A DNA stretch of 18,904 nt, taken from positions 1 through 18,904 of IMG/VR virus record IMGVR_UViG_3300035670_007376. One strand, given 5' to 3'. Shown one piece after another: positions 1-9,976 of the stretch. The position numbers and the translations under genes are program-made. The DNA is from a virus (Duplodnaviria; Heunggongvirae; Uroviricota; Caudoviricetes). The stretch's first letter is position 1. Each line of letters opens with the position of its first letter. Below the pieces are notes generated by a model. It was not told the DNA's origin. It did not search any database and worked only from the letters and a program-made list of their open reading frames with translations.

Positions 1-480
1 GCTAACATTTTAAGGTCAAATAATGATATCTTATATCTAGTTAGTAATACTGGTAATAAATTAGGTGCAAAGTGGTTACAAAACTTATTAGGAAATGAAT
101 ATAAAGTACATATTCTTGAAAATATGTATTCATACTCTCATTTGGATTCAACGATTGCTCTACTTCGTGAGGGTCTTTGTTTATTAAATCCTGCAAGAGT
201 AAATGAAAATAATATGCCTGAGATGTTAAAATCTTGGGATAAAATATGGTCACCCCCAATGGTTGATATTGGTTATCATAAAGTTGAAAGAGCATCTGTT
301 TGGGTTGGGATTAACCTATTATCGGTAGATGAAAATACAGTTATATTAGATAATAGACAAACAGAATTAATTAAAGAATTAAAGAAGTATAACATAGACA
401 CATTAGATTGTAAAATAAGACATTCAAGAACATTAGGTGGTTCTTTTCACTGTGTTACTGCGGACATGATAAGAGAATAG
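1..480 (+). CDS. Amidinotransferase (glycine / inosamine-phosphate amidinotransferase family), 5'-truncated
   Basis: Frame +1 is open from base 1 (ANILRSNNDILYLVSNTGNKLGAKWLQNLLGNEYKVHILEN) into the listed ORF at 124. It carries the family motifs LYLVSNTGN.LGA.WLQ, HLDST (catalytic His/Asp) and C-terminal RHSRTLGGSFHCVT (catalytic Cys). Confidence 0.9.
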   Translation, partial: ANILRSNNDILYLVSNTGNKLGAKWLQNLLGNEYKVHILENMYSYSHLDSTIALLREGLCLLNPARVNENNMPEMLKSWDKIWSPPMVDIGYHKVERASVWVGINLLSVDENTVILDNRQTELIKELKKYNIDTLDCKIRHSRTLGGSFHCVTADMIRE

Positions 481-481
481 A

Positions 482-1282
482 ATGAAAAAAGTTTTGGGTA
501 TTTGTGGTGATAGTTTTATGTCTTCGGATTTACCCGATAGGAAAAACGGTGCATATGGTAGACACTTTACCGAAATTTTGGGTAAGATGTTAAATTGTGA
601 AGTTGTTACTTACGCTAGAGGAGGGATTAGTAACCAATCAATTAGACTACAAATTGACGAAATAATAAAACATAACCCACATCATATTATCATCGGAACA
701 ACCACACCCGATAGAATTGAAATACCTGTCAATGATTTGAGTGTTAATAATATATGGGATAAGTGGTCAAACCACGAATTTAAACCCGCAAATGGTCTTT
801 ATAATATCGTTTATGATGGTTTTGAGAATCAATCATTATTACATGATAAATTCAGAGAGATAAAACCCACAATGTACAGTCAAACCTTGTCAAGTATATT
901 GAATATTTTTGAAGAGGAGATATGGGTCTCATCAAAACACCATTTAAGTAAAGAGACATCAGATGCCGTTAGGTCGTATTTCCAAAATCTATACGATATG
1001 CAATGGAAAAGACAACAAGATACTTGGATAATATCTGAAGGGGTTTATAAATTAATGTCATTAGGTTTAGATTTCAACTTAATAACACCACAACTTGATG
1101 ATGAATACTTTACACAATGTAGTGATAAGGTGATTAAGATTAATGATAAATTAAATCCGTGGTCTTATTATGAACCCGATGTACCTTGTCATAATCCATT
1201 TCATATTTCTGACGAATCATCAGTTAAATTGGCTGAATTGTGGTACGAAAAATTAAAAGAAAAATTTATTAATATAATATGA
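482..1282 (+). CDS. SGNH/GDSL-like hydrolase or acyltransferase (paralog 1)
   Basis: N-terminal ICGDSF (nucleophile Ser), YARGGISN (block II-like), IIIGTTTPDR and C-terminal PFHIS. The layout matches the three other SGNH-like ORFs in the window. Confidence 0.65.
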   Translation: MKKVLGICGDSFMSSDLPDRKNGAYGRHFTEILGKMLNCEVVTYARGGISNQSIRLQIDEIIKHNPHHIIIGTTTPDRIEIPVNDLSVNNIWDKWSNHEFKPANGLYNIVYDGFENQSLLHDKFREIKPTMYSQTLSSILNIFEEEIWVSSKHHLSKETSDAVRSYFQNLYDMQWKRQQDTWIISEGVYKLMSLGLDFNLITPQLDDEYFTQCSDKVIKINDKLNPWSYYEPDVPCHNPFHISDESSVKLAELWYEKLKEKFINII

Positions 1283-3408
1283 GAGTTTTAATAATTGGAG
1301 GTGCGGGTTATCTAGGGGTACCATTATCGAATACGTTAACTATTGATTACGATGTTACGGTATTTGATAAATTTATGTACAGTAACACCACATTTCTTAA
1401 TAAACATGTAAAAATTATAAAGGATGACATTGAAAATGTGGAACGATATGTTGATTTATTAAACTCACAAGACGTTATCATTTATCTATCATCCCCAAGA
1501 TTAGGTGAATTGAAAGAGACTACACAATTAATTGAACCGATAAGACAATTCAAAAATACAATTGATTTAATTACCAATCAGAATGTTAGATTGATATTCT
1601 CAAGTAGTTGTAGTGTTTATGGAAAAAGAAATGATGTTGTAAATGAAGAATCCGATATTCAGGTTACATCATTATATTCAGAATTAAAGGTTACATGTGA
1701 AAATATTCTTTTAGAAAAGAACAATCCAAATTTTAAAATTGTCAGATTATCAACACTGTATGGTAACAGTAAATTAAAACGTAATGATGTATTAATCAAC
1801 AACTTAATACAAGATTTAAAAGAAAATAAGGAAATTGAGATTTTCGACCCATTGGCTGAAAGACCGCATCTACACGTTAAGGATTGTGTGAAAGTTTTTA
1901 AAAGTATAATTGAAAGTGATTTTAGTGGTAAAATTATTAATGTCGGTAAAAATGAATTGAATATTAATAAAAAAGATTTAATCGAAAAGATTAGACAAGT
2001 CATTAATCTAAATTTGGAATATAAGTTAATAACGAGCGAAGATAGTAGGTCATATAAGGTAGATTTTTCACATCTTAAAACACATTTCCAATTTAATCAC
2101 ATAACATTTGATGAGGGTATTAAGGAATTGATGGATGATAATAAAGTAATTTGTTCATTAGAGGAATGGGACAGTGTTTTTGATTATTATAGACCGAACG
2201 GTGCATCGAAATCTTGGTATCTAAAAGAGACTGGATTATTTGATTACCCAAAGGCGTGGGGGGTATGGAATCTATTCAACATAGAAGATAACAATCGAGT
2301 GTGGGGTGACGATGTTTTAAAAGAGAACATAACACCACAATATAATTCTGATATTAATTACGTTGAAAAAAATTCACTAAAAAACAAAAAACATTTATAC
2401 CTAATTAATGTATATGACAATCAATTTTTTAATAAAAATAAAGAAATTGGTTTTAAATGTATTTCTGAAGAATATTTGGAAGACGTTAGAAAGGGATATT
2501 GTAAAATCGTCATGATACACCAATTTGAGGGGTATAGTGGGATGAACATTTACAATAATGATTTAGAGGTAATTGATAAATGGATAAAAGAATCAAACTT
2601 ACCTGATGACGGAGTTCACTACATACATGGAAATCTTTTGGTGGATGAGGTGAGGAAAGAAAGAGGTTTAAAATTCAAGTGCCACCCCATATCGATTTTT
2701 GATTCTTGGGTAGACTATAGATTACTAAAAGATGAAATTGTAAAATTCAAACCTAAAGATGAGAAATACCTTTTACTTTCATATAACAGAAACCCAAGAC
2801 CGCATCGAGTTCATTTAGTTAATGAGTTAATAAAAAATGATTTATTTGGAAGAGGTAAAATTAGTTTAGGTAAATTTAGTCCATATGGTGAATATGAAGA
2901 CCTATCTAAAATGACACCGATAGAAATTGATAGGACATTAGACATTAATTGGGCCGTTAATATTGAAATTCCTGACTATGAATCCACATTTATATCGGTA
3001 ATTACTGAAACATTAATTGATACGTCTATTTTGTTTATGTCTGAAAAAATATGGAAACCAATTGTGGCAGGACAACCATTTATTTTATTAGGAAATTTAC
3101 GTACTTTATCATATCTAAAAGAACAAGGTTTTAAGACATTCGATAAATGGATTGATGAGAGTTATGATTTAGAACCCGACCACCACAAAAAAATTGAAAA
3201 GATAGTTAATGAATTAAATAAATTTAAAACTAAAACAATAGAGGAACTAATAGAAATCAGAAAAGAGATGTATGATGTTTGTCTATTTAATAGAAATAAA
3301 TTTGTTGAAATAATAAAAAATAAATACGATTATGACGGACATGGTTGGTCGGACAATAAAAAACCAATCGTAGAGATATTAAAAAGTATTTGGAACGATA
3401 TTAAATAA
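1279..3408 (+). CDS. Fusion: N-terminal NAD-dependent NDP-sugar epimerase/dehydratase (aa ~1-284) + C-terminal EK-motif putative glycosyltransferase (aa ~285-709)
   Basis: N-half: VLIIGGAGYLG Rossmann motif, FSSSCSVYG, YSELK (YxxxK), RLSTLYG, RPHLHVKD. C-half: SYNRNPRPHR, ISVITET, FMSEKIWKPIVAGQPFILLG, GFKTFDKWIDESYD, all shared with four stand-alone paralogs. Confidence is high for the SDR domain and lower for the GT function. Confidence 0.75.
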   Translation: MRVLIIGGAGYLGVPLSNTLTIDYDVTVFDKFMYSNTTFLNKHVKIIKDDIENVERYVDLLNSQDVIIYLSSPRLGELKETTQLIEPIRQFKNTIDLITNQNVRLIFSSSCSVYGKRNDVVNEESDIQVTSLYSELKVTCENILLEKNNPNFKIVRLSTLYGNSKLKRNDVLINNLIQDLKENKEIEIFDPLAERPHLHVKDCVKVFKSIIESDFSGKIINVGKNELNINKKDLIEKIRQVINLNLEYKLITSEDSRSYKVDFSHLKTHFQFNHITFDEGIKELMDDNKVICSLEEWDSVFDYYRPNGASKSWYLKETGLFDYPKAWGVWNLFNIEDNNRVWGDDVLKENITPQYNSDINYVEKNSLKNKKHLYLINVYDNQFFNKNKEIGFKCISEEYLEDVRKGYCKIVMIHQFEGYSGMNIYNNDLEVIDKWIKESNLPDDGVHYIHGNLLVDEVRKERGLKFKCHPISIFDSWVDYRLLKDEIVKFKPKDEKYLLLSYNRNPRPHRVHLVNELIKNDLFGRGKISLGKFSPYGEYEDLSKMTPIEIDRTLDINWAVNIEIPDYESTFISVITETLIDTSILFMSEKIWKPIVAGQPFILLGNLRTLSYLKEQGFKTFDKWIDESYDLEPDHHKKIEKIVNELNKFKTKTIEELIEIRKEMYDVCLFNRNKFVEIIKNKYDYDGHGWSDNKKPIVEILKSIWNDIK

Positions 3409-3413
3409 AAAAT

Positions 3414-4706
3414 ATGAATTTTGTTTTTGAAGATATTAGTATACCCAGAAATTTTATCAAAAATTGGGTCGATAACAAGGCGGGTTCTACAAGATTCACA
3501 ATGTCACCGTTATATAGTAGAATGTCCTTTATTAGGAGCTTCAACCATGCATATGAGTTTAGTACTTTTGATTATGCTGTTGAAAATAAACCAAAGTATT
3601 ATGTAATCCCTGTTGGAGTTAACAACGACCCAATTATGTGGGCGGGTGGTAAGTATTCTGCTGACCCATCTATACCAAGTTTGTTTGAATTTTTAAGTGA
3701 AGTTTACCTTAAAGATTTGAGAGACCAAAGGGCATATCTTTTAGTAGATTCGAGTTTTGAAGGATATCATGAAGATTGGTTATTTGATTTTTTTCATAAA
3801 GAATGTGATGATTATGGTATATCACCTAATCAGATATTTTTTGTTACAGGAAATTCAATTGTGGAGGATAGATATAAACTGTGGTTAGAAAAAAATCCAC
3901 AGAAGATATTGATGCACCCGTTACCATACTCACATTTTGAGGCTGACGTTTTTTGTCAATCAATCGATATGAGAAGGAATAATACCCCATTGAAGACATT
4001 CGAAGAACACTACCAATATAAAATTTACAATTTAGATAATATAAAATTATATAACAATTTAAATAAAAAACCAAGAGAGCATCGTATATGGTTCTATTCT
4101 AAATTATATTACTCTAAACTCTTGGAAAAGGGGTTGGTGAGTATGAATCAAATCAATGAACCAGGTGGTAGATATTTTTGTGGAACATCAATGGATGAGG
4201 TTTATGTTAAAGAAATTTCTAAAACATTACCATCTATTTTATATGGTGAATCTAATGAAATCCACGACCCAAACTACTATGTGGTTAGAATACATGAAAA
4301 ACCACATTTGGATTCTTGGGTATCTGTGATTAGTGAGGCACAATACGAAGACAAACAGGGAACAGTATTTTTAAGTGAGAAAGTTTTTAAACCTATGACG
4401 TGTTTTCACCCTTTTATTATCATGGGTAATAAGCATAGTTTAAAGGAATTGAAAGAACTTGGATACCAAACATTTTCAAATTGGTTTGATGAAAGTTATG
4501 ATGACATGGAAGACACAAAAAGAATGGACCAAATTATCAGAACACTATATCAATTAGACAAGGTTAAAAATAAAGTCGGTATGTATAAAGAAATGGAAAA
4601 TGTCTTAAAACATAATTACGAAGTTTTGAGATATAATGCAGCTAATTCATTTCCGTATGCATTTAGAATGATGAATAAGGAGTTTCAAAAGAATAACATC
4701 ATTTAA
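3414..4706 (+). CDS. EK-motif putative glycosyltransferase (GT10/GT-B-like), paralog 2
   Basis: NLNKKPREHR, VSVISEA, FLSEKVFKPMTCFHPFIIMG, GYQTFSNWFDESYD. The CDS itself is certain. The GT function is inferred from resemblance to the GT10 ...ENS/T...YxTEK...P motif. Confidence 0.55.
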   Translation: MNFVFEDISIPRNFIKNWVDNKAGSTRFTMSPLYSRMSFIRSFNHAYEFSTFDYAVENKPKYYVIPVGVNNDPIMWAGGKYSADPSIPSLFEFLSEVYLKDLRDQRAYLLVDSSFEGYHEDWLFDFFHKECDDYGISPNQIFFVTGNSIVEDRYKLWLEKNPQKILMHPLPYSHFEADVFCQSIDMRRNNTPLKTFEEHYQYKIYNLDNIKLYNNLNKKPREHRIWFYSKLYYSKLLEKGLVSMNQINEPGGRYFCGTSMDEVYVKEISKTLPSILYGESNEIHDPNYYVVRIHEKPHLDSWVSVISEAQYEDKQGTVFLSEKVFKPMTCFHPFIIMGNKHSLKELKELGYQTFSNWFDESYDDMEDTKRMDQIIRTLYQLDKVKNKVGMYKEMENVLKHNYEVLRYNAANSFPYAFRMMNKEFQKNNII

Positions 4707-5593
4707 TGAATAATCTTTATACGTTTGGTTGTAGCTTTACTAATTTCTGTTATCCAACGTATGCGGATTATTTGGCACCATATTATAAAACACATTATAA
4801 TTTAGGATTCCCCGGTTCAGGAAATAAGGCTATATTCCATAAATTATCTTATCTTATACATAAAGGGATTATTTCTGAGGGTGACACTGTAACAATACAA
4901 TGGTCAGCACTTGCCAGAGAAGATAAACTTTTAAATGACGGGGAATGGGTTGGTGGCGGACTAATAACAAACACCCCAATATTCAACGAAAATTATATTA
5001 ACGAGTTTTTTTCAGTAAAACAAAAAGCATACGAACTTTTATCCTTCATTTCAACAATTTTACCAACTATAAGAAGTAAAAATATAAAAGTAAAATGGTT
5101 TTATATGTTGGAACCATGGTTTAGTGATATGTTAGGTGAACCTGGTGCGGTACCCGATATTTTGGTCGACCAATACGTTGAAACATTTAAATCTGGAATC
5201 ATCGATGAAATTAAATCATTATGTGATTCCGATTTCATAGGTAGCATTGAAAGTTTCTCAATAGATAACGGATATTTGAATTTTAGAAACAAACCAACAT
5301 TTTATTTTGAAAATGAAAATAAAATACATCAAGACGACCACCCACCACAATACATTCACTACCTTTTTTCTAAATATTTGTTAAAAAATCTTAACATTGA
5401 GGTCAATGATAATGATGAATTTCTATATAATAATTCATTAGAATGGACCGACTATATCACCAACAAAGATTTAGTATATGAATCTGAATTAAATTTTTTA
5501 AAAAATAAAAAAGAAAAAATTACATATCTTAAAAATCAACATCCACTTTTAAAATGGCCGTCAACAAATAGAGAAGTTTTGAGATTGAAATAA
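4706..5593 (+). CDS. SGNH/GDSL-like hydrolase or acyltransferase (paralog 2, GCSFT type)
   Basis: YTFGCSFT, NLGFPGSGN, VTIQWSALAR, C-terminal DDHP (DxH/DxxH-type catalytic His). TAATG overlap with the upstream gene. Confidence 0.7.
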   Translation: MNNLYTFGCSFTNFCYPTYADYLAPYYKTHYNLGFPGSGNKAIFHKLSYLIHKGIISEGDTVTIQWSALAREDKLLNDGEWVGGGLITNTPIFNENYINEFFSVKQKAYELLSFISTILPTIRSKNIKVKWFYMLEPWFSDMLGEPGAVPDILVDQYVETFKSGIIDEIKSLCDSDFIGSIESFSIDNGYLNFRNKPTFYFENENKIHQDDHPPQYIHYLFSKYLLKNLNIEVNDNDEFLYNNSLEWTDYITNKDLVYESELNFLKNKKEKITYLKNQHPLLKWPSTNREVLRLK

Positions 5594-5610
5594 ACGTAAC
5601 AAATACTTCT

Positions 5611-5640
5611 ATTTTTGATGATTTTTCCTTATATTTCATA
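5611..5640 (+). promoter_or_regulatory. Possible promoter upstream of the dehydrogenase gene
   Basis: Lies in the longest intergenic gap (5594-5657). A T-rich tract is followed by TTATATT (5629-5635), the heptamer also found in the only other gap. TATATTTC is one mismatch from the Bacteroidota -7 element TAnnTTTG, but spacing to the upstream TTG is too short for a canonical promoter. Confidence 0.25.
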
Positions 5641-5657
5641 TAAAAACCAAGATTTTA

Positions 5658-6833
5658 ATGAAAATAGGATTTATAGGAATCGGAAAATTAGGTAAAGATG
5701 CTGCCGAAGTTATGTTTGAAGCTGGACATGACGTAATTGGGTACGACATTAAAAATATACCCGAATGTGAGTTTACCGTGGTAAACAGTATAAAAGATGT
5801 TTGTGATAATCGAGAATTAATATTCATTGCCGTACCGACACCACATCATTGTGATTATGACGGTAGGTACCCAACATCACATCTCCCAAATAAAGATTTT
5901 GATTATTCAATTGTACAAGAAGTATTAATTGAAGTAAACAAATACACAAATAAAAATCAATTAGTAGTTCTAATTTCAACAGTTTTACCGGGAACAATTA
6001 GACGTGAATTTATTGAATTGTGTAGTAATTTTAGATTCATTTACAACCCATATCTGATTGCTATGGGTACAGTTAAATGGGACATGGTTAATCCTGAAAT
6101 GATAATAATTGGTACTGAAGATGGTACTTTAACCGGTGATGCTAAATTACTATTAGATTTTTATAATAGTTTCATTACCGAAGGAACTAGATATGAGGTG
6201 GGTACTTGGGATGAGGCAGAATCGATTAAGATTTTCTATAACACATTCATTTCAACAAAAGTTGCACTTGTCAATTTAATACAGGATGTTGCAGAGAAAA
6301 GTGGTAACATAAATGTTGATGTAGTTACAGGTGCATTAGAAAGGAGTACAAAAAGAATTATGGGTCCATCCTATATGAAAGCTGGTATGGGTGATGGTGG
6401 GGGATGTCATCCGAGAGACAATATAGCATTAAGATACATGGCGGAAAAATTGTCATTAGGATATGACTTATTCGATTCCATAATGTCCGCAAGGGAAATA
6501 CAATCTAAAAATATCGCAAAAAAATTAGTAGAGATTTCAAATGAAAATAATCTACCAATTGTAATATTGGGTAAATCCTATAAACCAAATGTTCATTACG
6601 TTGATGGTTCATCTTCTATTTTGGTGGGTTATTATGTCGAATCAATGGGTAAAGATGTTGAATTTGATTTAGATGACCCTAAACCTGCCGTGTACCTTTT
6701 AGGTCATTTTGGTAAACATCATGACTACCCATTCCCAACCAATAGTGTAATTCTTGACGTTTGGAGGGAATTTAAAACAGATAGGACAGACGTAAAGGTT
6801 ATCCAATACGGAAATACGAGAATAAATGGGTAG
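5658..6833 (+). CDS. ugd: UDP-glucose/GDP-mannose 6-dehydrogenase family protein (divergent active site)
   Basis: IGFIGIGKLG, FIAVPTP, ISTVLPGT, AESIKIFYN (catalytic Lys helix), GMGDGGGCHPRD (catalytic Cys; canonical GGSCFPKD), ILGKSYKP. Confidence 0.9.
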   Translation: MKIGFIGIGKLGKDAAEVMFEAGHDVIGYDIKNIPECEFTVVNSIKDVCDNRELIFIAVPTPHHCDYDGRYPTSHLPNKDFDYSIVQEVLIEVNKYTNKNQLVVLISTVLPGTIRREFIELCSNFRFIYNPYLIAMGTVKWDMVNPEMIIIGTEDGTLTGDAKLLLDFYNSFITEGTRYEVGTWDEAESIKIFYNTFISTKVALVNLIQDVAEKSGNINVDVVTGALERSTKRIMGPSYMKAGMGDGGGCHPRDNIALRYMAEKLSLGYDLFDSIMSAREIQSKNIAKKLVEISNENNLPIVILGKSYKPNVHYVDGSSSILVGYYVESMGKDVEFDLDDPKPAVYLLGHFGKHHDYPFPTNSVILDVWREFKTDRTDVKVIQYGNTRING

Positions 6834-7866
6834 TGATATTATAATATATAACGCTAGTGATTTTGATTTCGAATTAAAAAAAATAACAAACGAAATTAAA
6901 GAAAAAAAACCAAAAACAGTATTGGTTTGGTCCTCTGGTGAGTACGAATTACCTGGCGGTAGAGAACATTACGATTTAAATTATTTAGATGATGTTTGTG
7001 TATTAAATGGTACAAACATCTACATTGTATTTGGATTTGAAGATGTTTATTATTATAAAGAAACGGAAAATTTTAAAAATATTAAATTTTTATTTTGGCC
7101 GACGTTTTTATTACACTTCACATATTATTTGTTACATCCATATTATTCAGATAATATTGATGAAATTAAAATTGATACAAAATTTAATAATTTATTTGTT
7201 TGTTTTAACAATAAACCACATTATCATAGATGTATGATAATGGATAAATTATTTGAAAGTGGATTATTAGATAAGGGTAAAGTTTCTTGGTGTGAATTAA
7301 GTGATGATGTGTGGTCTCGTGGTTATTTATTCAATCATTGGAATGAAAAAATAATAAAAATTGATGAGTTTAAAACCGTAGAAAAAAGTAATGACGATAG
7401 AACAGACTTTCTTTTAAATAATGAGTCATTTTTATTTTTGGTGACAGAATCAACAACTGATTGTGAATTTATAACAGAAAAAACTTTTAAACCTATATTG
7501 ATTGAGCAGCCATTTTTATGTGTTGCATCAAAAAATCAAAACACAATTTTAAAAAAATATGGATTTAAATTATATGACGAAATATTTGATTATAGTTTCG
7601 ATGTGGAAGATTCATTAGAAAAAAGAGTTGATGGTGTGATTAAAAATATAAAAAACTTAGAGGGTAAAGATTTAAATATTGTGTACGATTCTTTAAGAGA
7701 AAAAATACTATATAATAAAAAAGTCGCATTAGAAATAATCAATAATGATATACATGTCCCTAAAAAATTAAAGGAAATATATATAAATAACGATTTAATA
7801 AATAACAAAGAGTTTCTTAATAAATCATATGGATTCATTAATGAAATATTCAAAAAGATATTATGA
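6826..7866 (+). CDS. EK-motif putative glycosyltransferase (GT10/GT-B-like), paralog 3
   Basis: CFNNKPHYHR, FLVTES, FITEKTFKPILIEQPFLCV, YGFKLYDEIFDYSFD. Shares FWPT.LLH.TY and HRCM.MD with 14458-15600. Confidence 0.55.
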   Translation: MGSDIIIYNASDFDFELKKITNEIKEKKPKTVLVWSSGEYELPGGREHYDLNYLDDVCVLNGTNIYIVFGFEDVYYYKETENFKNIKFLFWPTFLLHFTYYLLHPYYSDNIDEIKIDTKFNNLFVCFNNKPHYHRCMIMDKLFESGLLDKGKVSWCELSDDVWSRGYLFNHWNEKIIKIDEFKTVEKSNDDRTDFLLNNESFLFLVTESTTDCEFITEKTFKPILIEQPFLCVASKNQNTILKKYGFKLYDEIFDYSFDVEDSLEKRVDGVIKNIKNLEGKDLNIVYDSLREKILYNKKVALEIINNDIHVPKKLKEIYINNDLINNKEFLNKSYGFINEIFKKIL

Positions 7867-9218
7867 AAATATTAAACTTAGCTTACGATAATTGGGAAGA
7901 CGGTCAAGAATTACCAAAACCAAATTGTGTTAACATATACGGTGAAGGTACATTTTGGGACGGATACCAATTAATAAATCACTATCTTGATAGGGGATTA
8001 GCATATTCCGATTTAGAAAATGTCATTGAGGAACATGAAAAATTCACAACAAAAAGATGTAAAATGAGTGAGGTCGAGGAACGACCAAATGAAAATTTTT
8101 ATTATGTCATCAACCACTTTAAAATCGAGTTGACTCGTCTTTTCATTGACACACCAATATTCGGAGAAGAAATACCTGCACTATTAAACGGTGAAAGACC
8201 GTTAAGTGACATCGTTATAAAGTACCTTAAAGAAAGAAACAATTTCTTTTTAATTTTTATGACTGAACATGAGTGTGATACCGAAAGGGGTTATGAACTA
8301 ACGGTAAAGTACATTAAAAGTTTGGGTATCGATTTAGAAAAATTGTACATAGTAAATAATAACGCTAAGATTGATTGGTTAAAAAAAATACATGGTGACT
8401 TTAAAGTAAAAGAACATGGGTTAGAATTCATACCAAGCTCATCGACTAAAGTATTGGAGAGAATTGGGTCGACATATAAAAAAGAAAAAGAGGGTAAATT
8501 TTTTCTTTGCCATAATAAATCACCTAAACCACATAGATATGCAATGTTGATGTTATTGAAGAAAAGTGGAATTTTGGAAAAAGATGTAAACTGGTCATTA
8601 GTCCCGCCGTACTATAATTTTCCAATTGGAAACTTTTACCATTCAATACTCGATGATAATTGTTTAGATATTTTAGATGAAGAAGTACAATACTTTAACG
8701 AAATTAAACTTAAAACAAGTGACTACGAAGGAGATGAAGGATGGTTTAAACCATTGAGTGAAATTAATAGAGAATCACTACCATATTGGCAACAAATACC
8801 CGAAAAAAATAAAACGTTTGAGGAGTCCTATGTTAATATTGTAACCGAATCATTGTTTTCAGAAAGTCCAAACGTGGTACAAATAACCGAAAAATCATTT
8901 AGACCCTTTTTCTTTTATCAGTTACCGATAATTGTGGCGTCCCCACATCACATCTCAATAATGAAACAAAGATATGGGTTTGACTTTTTTGAAGATATTA
9001 TAGACCATAACTATGATGATAAAATGAACGATACACAAAGATTCTTTTTAATCTATAAAGAAATAAAAAGATTATATCAAAATAAAGATAAGGTAATAGA
9101 GTTCTATCAAAATAACTACGAAAGATTAGAAGCCAACAAACAAAGAGTTTTAGATATTTTAAAAATAAAAAGAGATTACATGTTTTTTAGTAATTTGACA
9201 AATATAACTAATAGATAA
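7863..9218 (+). CDS. EK-motif putative glycosyltransferase (GT10/GT-B-like), paralog 4
   Basis: CHNKSPKPHR, VNIVTES, QITEKSFRPFFFYQLPIIV, YGFDFFEDIIDHNYD. Confidence 0.55.
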   Translation: MKILNLAYDNWEDGQELPKPNCVNIYGEGTFWDGYQLINHYLDRGLAYSDLENVIEEHEKFTTKRCKMSEVEERPNENFYYVINHFKIELTRLFIDTPIFGEEIPALLNGERPLSDIVIKYLKERNNFFLIFMTEHECDTERGYELTVKYIKSLGIDLEKLYIVNNNAKIDWLKKIHGDFKVKEHGLEFIPSSSTKVLERIGSTYKKEKEGKFFLCHNKSPKPHRYAMLMLLKKSGILEKDVNWSLVPPYYNFPIGNFYHSILDDNCLDILDEEVQYFNEIKLKTSDYEGDEGWFKPLSEINRESLPYWQQIPEKNKTFEESYVNIVTESLFSESPNVVQITEKSFRPFFFYQLPIIVASPHHISIMKQRYGFDFFEDIIDHNYDDKMNDTQRFFLIYKEIKRLYQNKDKVIEFYQNNYERLEANKQRVLDILKIKRDYMFFSNLTNITNR

Positions 9219-9976
9219 TGAGAACATTGTGGACATTTGGATGTAGTTTTACTGCACCGTATTATCCTGTTGACAATCCCGATTTACAAAGTAATTACGA
9301 CCTATATAAAAAATGGAGAGGAGGTAATTTACCAAAAATTTGGCCAACACTGTTATCTGAAAAAATTGGGTATAACCTCATCAATCGAGGGGTTGGTGGG
9401 TCTAGTAATTATCTAATAGCAAATCAATTTTTAGAAATTGCGTCTGAAATAAAAAAAGATGATATATTGATTTTCGGATGGACCCACATGAGTAGATTTC
9501 AATTGGTTAATATGGATGAAAACGTTTTTAATCAAATACTACCATCTGTTAATGATTTTCCAGGTATTAATGTAGACATTAATTCGATAAATCAAATATT
9601 TGTTAACCGAACTAGTTCTCTGTGGAATGAAGAATTGATTAAATGGATTTATTTCTTCAATTTATTCATCAATAACATTGGAGCACACATTTTTCATTGG
9701 ACCAGTGACGTTAACACCACAAAATATTTAATGGAAAAATATAGTTGGGACCACCGATTTATTCTACCAAAAAAAACCGAATCTAATGAGGATTTAGATT
9801 TATTAGGTGAAATTGGTAATTTAGTAAACACTGAGGATAAATTAATTGCTAAAATTATTGAAGAGACAAATGGTGAAGTTATTGATGGTCACTTTGGTGA
9901 ATTTGGACATAAATCACAATGTGAACATTTTTTTAATTATATCTCTAATTTTATTGAATTTAAAAAATTAATATGA
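9218..9976 (+). CDS. SGNH/GDSL-like hydrolase or acyltransferase (paralog 3, GCSFT type)
   Basis: WTFGCSFT, NRGVGGSSN, LIFGWTHMSR, DGHFGEFGH. TAATG overlap with the upstream gene. Confidence 0.7.
   Translation: MRTLWTFGCSFTAPYYPVDNPDLQSNYDLYKKWRGGNLPKIWPTLLSEKIGYNLINRGVGGSSNYLIANQFLEIASEIKKDDILIFGWTHMSRFQLVNMDENVFNQILPSVNDFPGINVDINSINQIFVNRTSSLWNEELIKWIYFFNLFINNIGAHIFHWTSDVNTTKYLMEKYSWDHRFILPKKTESNEDLDLLGEIGNLVNTEDKLIAKIIEETNGEVIDGHFGEFGHKSQCEHFFNYISNFIEFKKLI

Noticed and set aside
124-126. ATG 124 as the start of the first gene
   Set aside because: The frame is open to base 1 and conserved amidinotransferase motifs lie upstream, so the gene begins outside the window.
6902-9776. A8 tracts (6902-6909, 8381-8388, 9769-9776) as phase-variation switches
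   Set aside because: Runs of 8 A are expected at this AT content, all frames are intact, and there are no long poly-G/C tracts.
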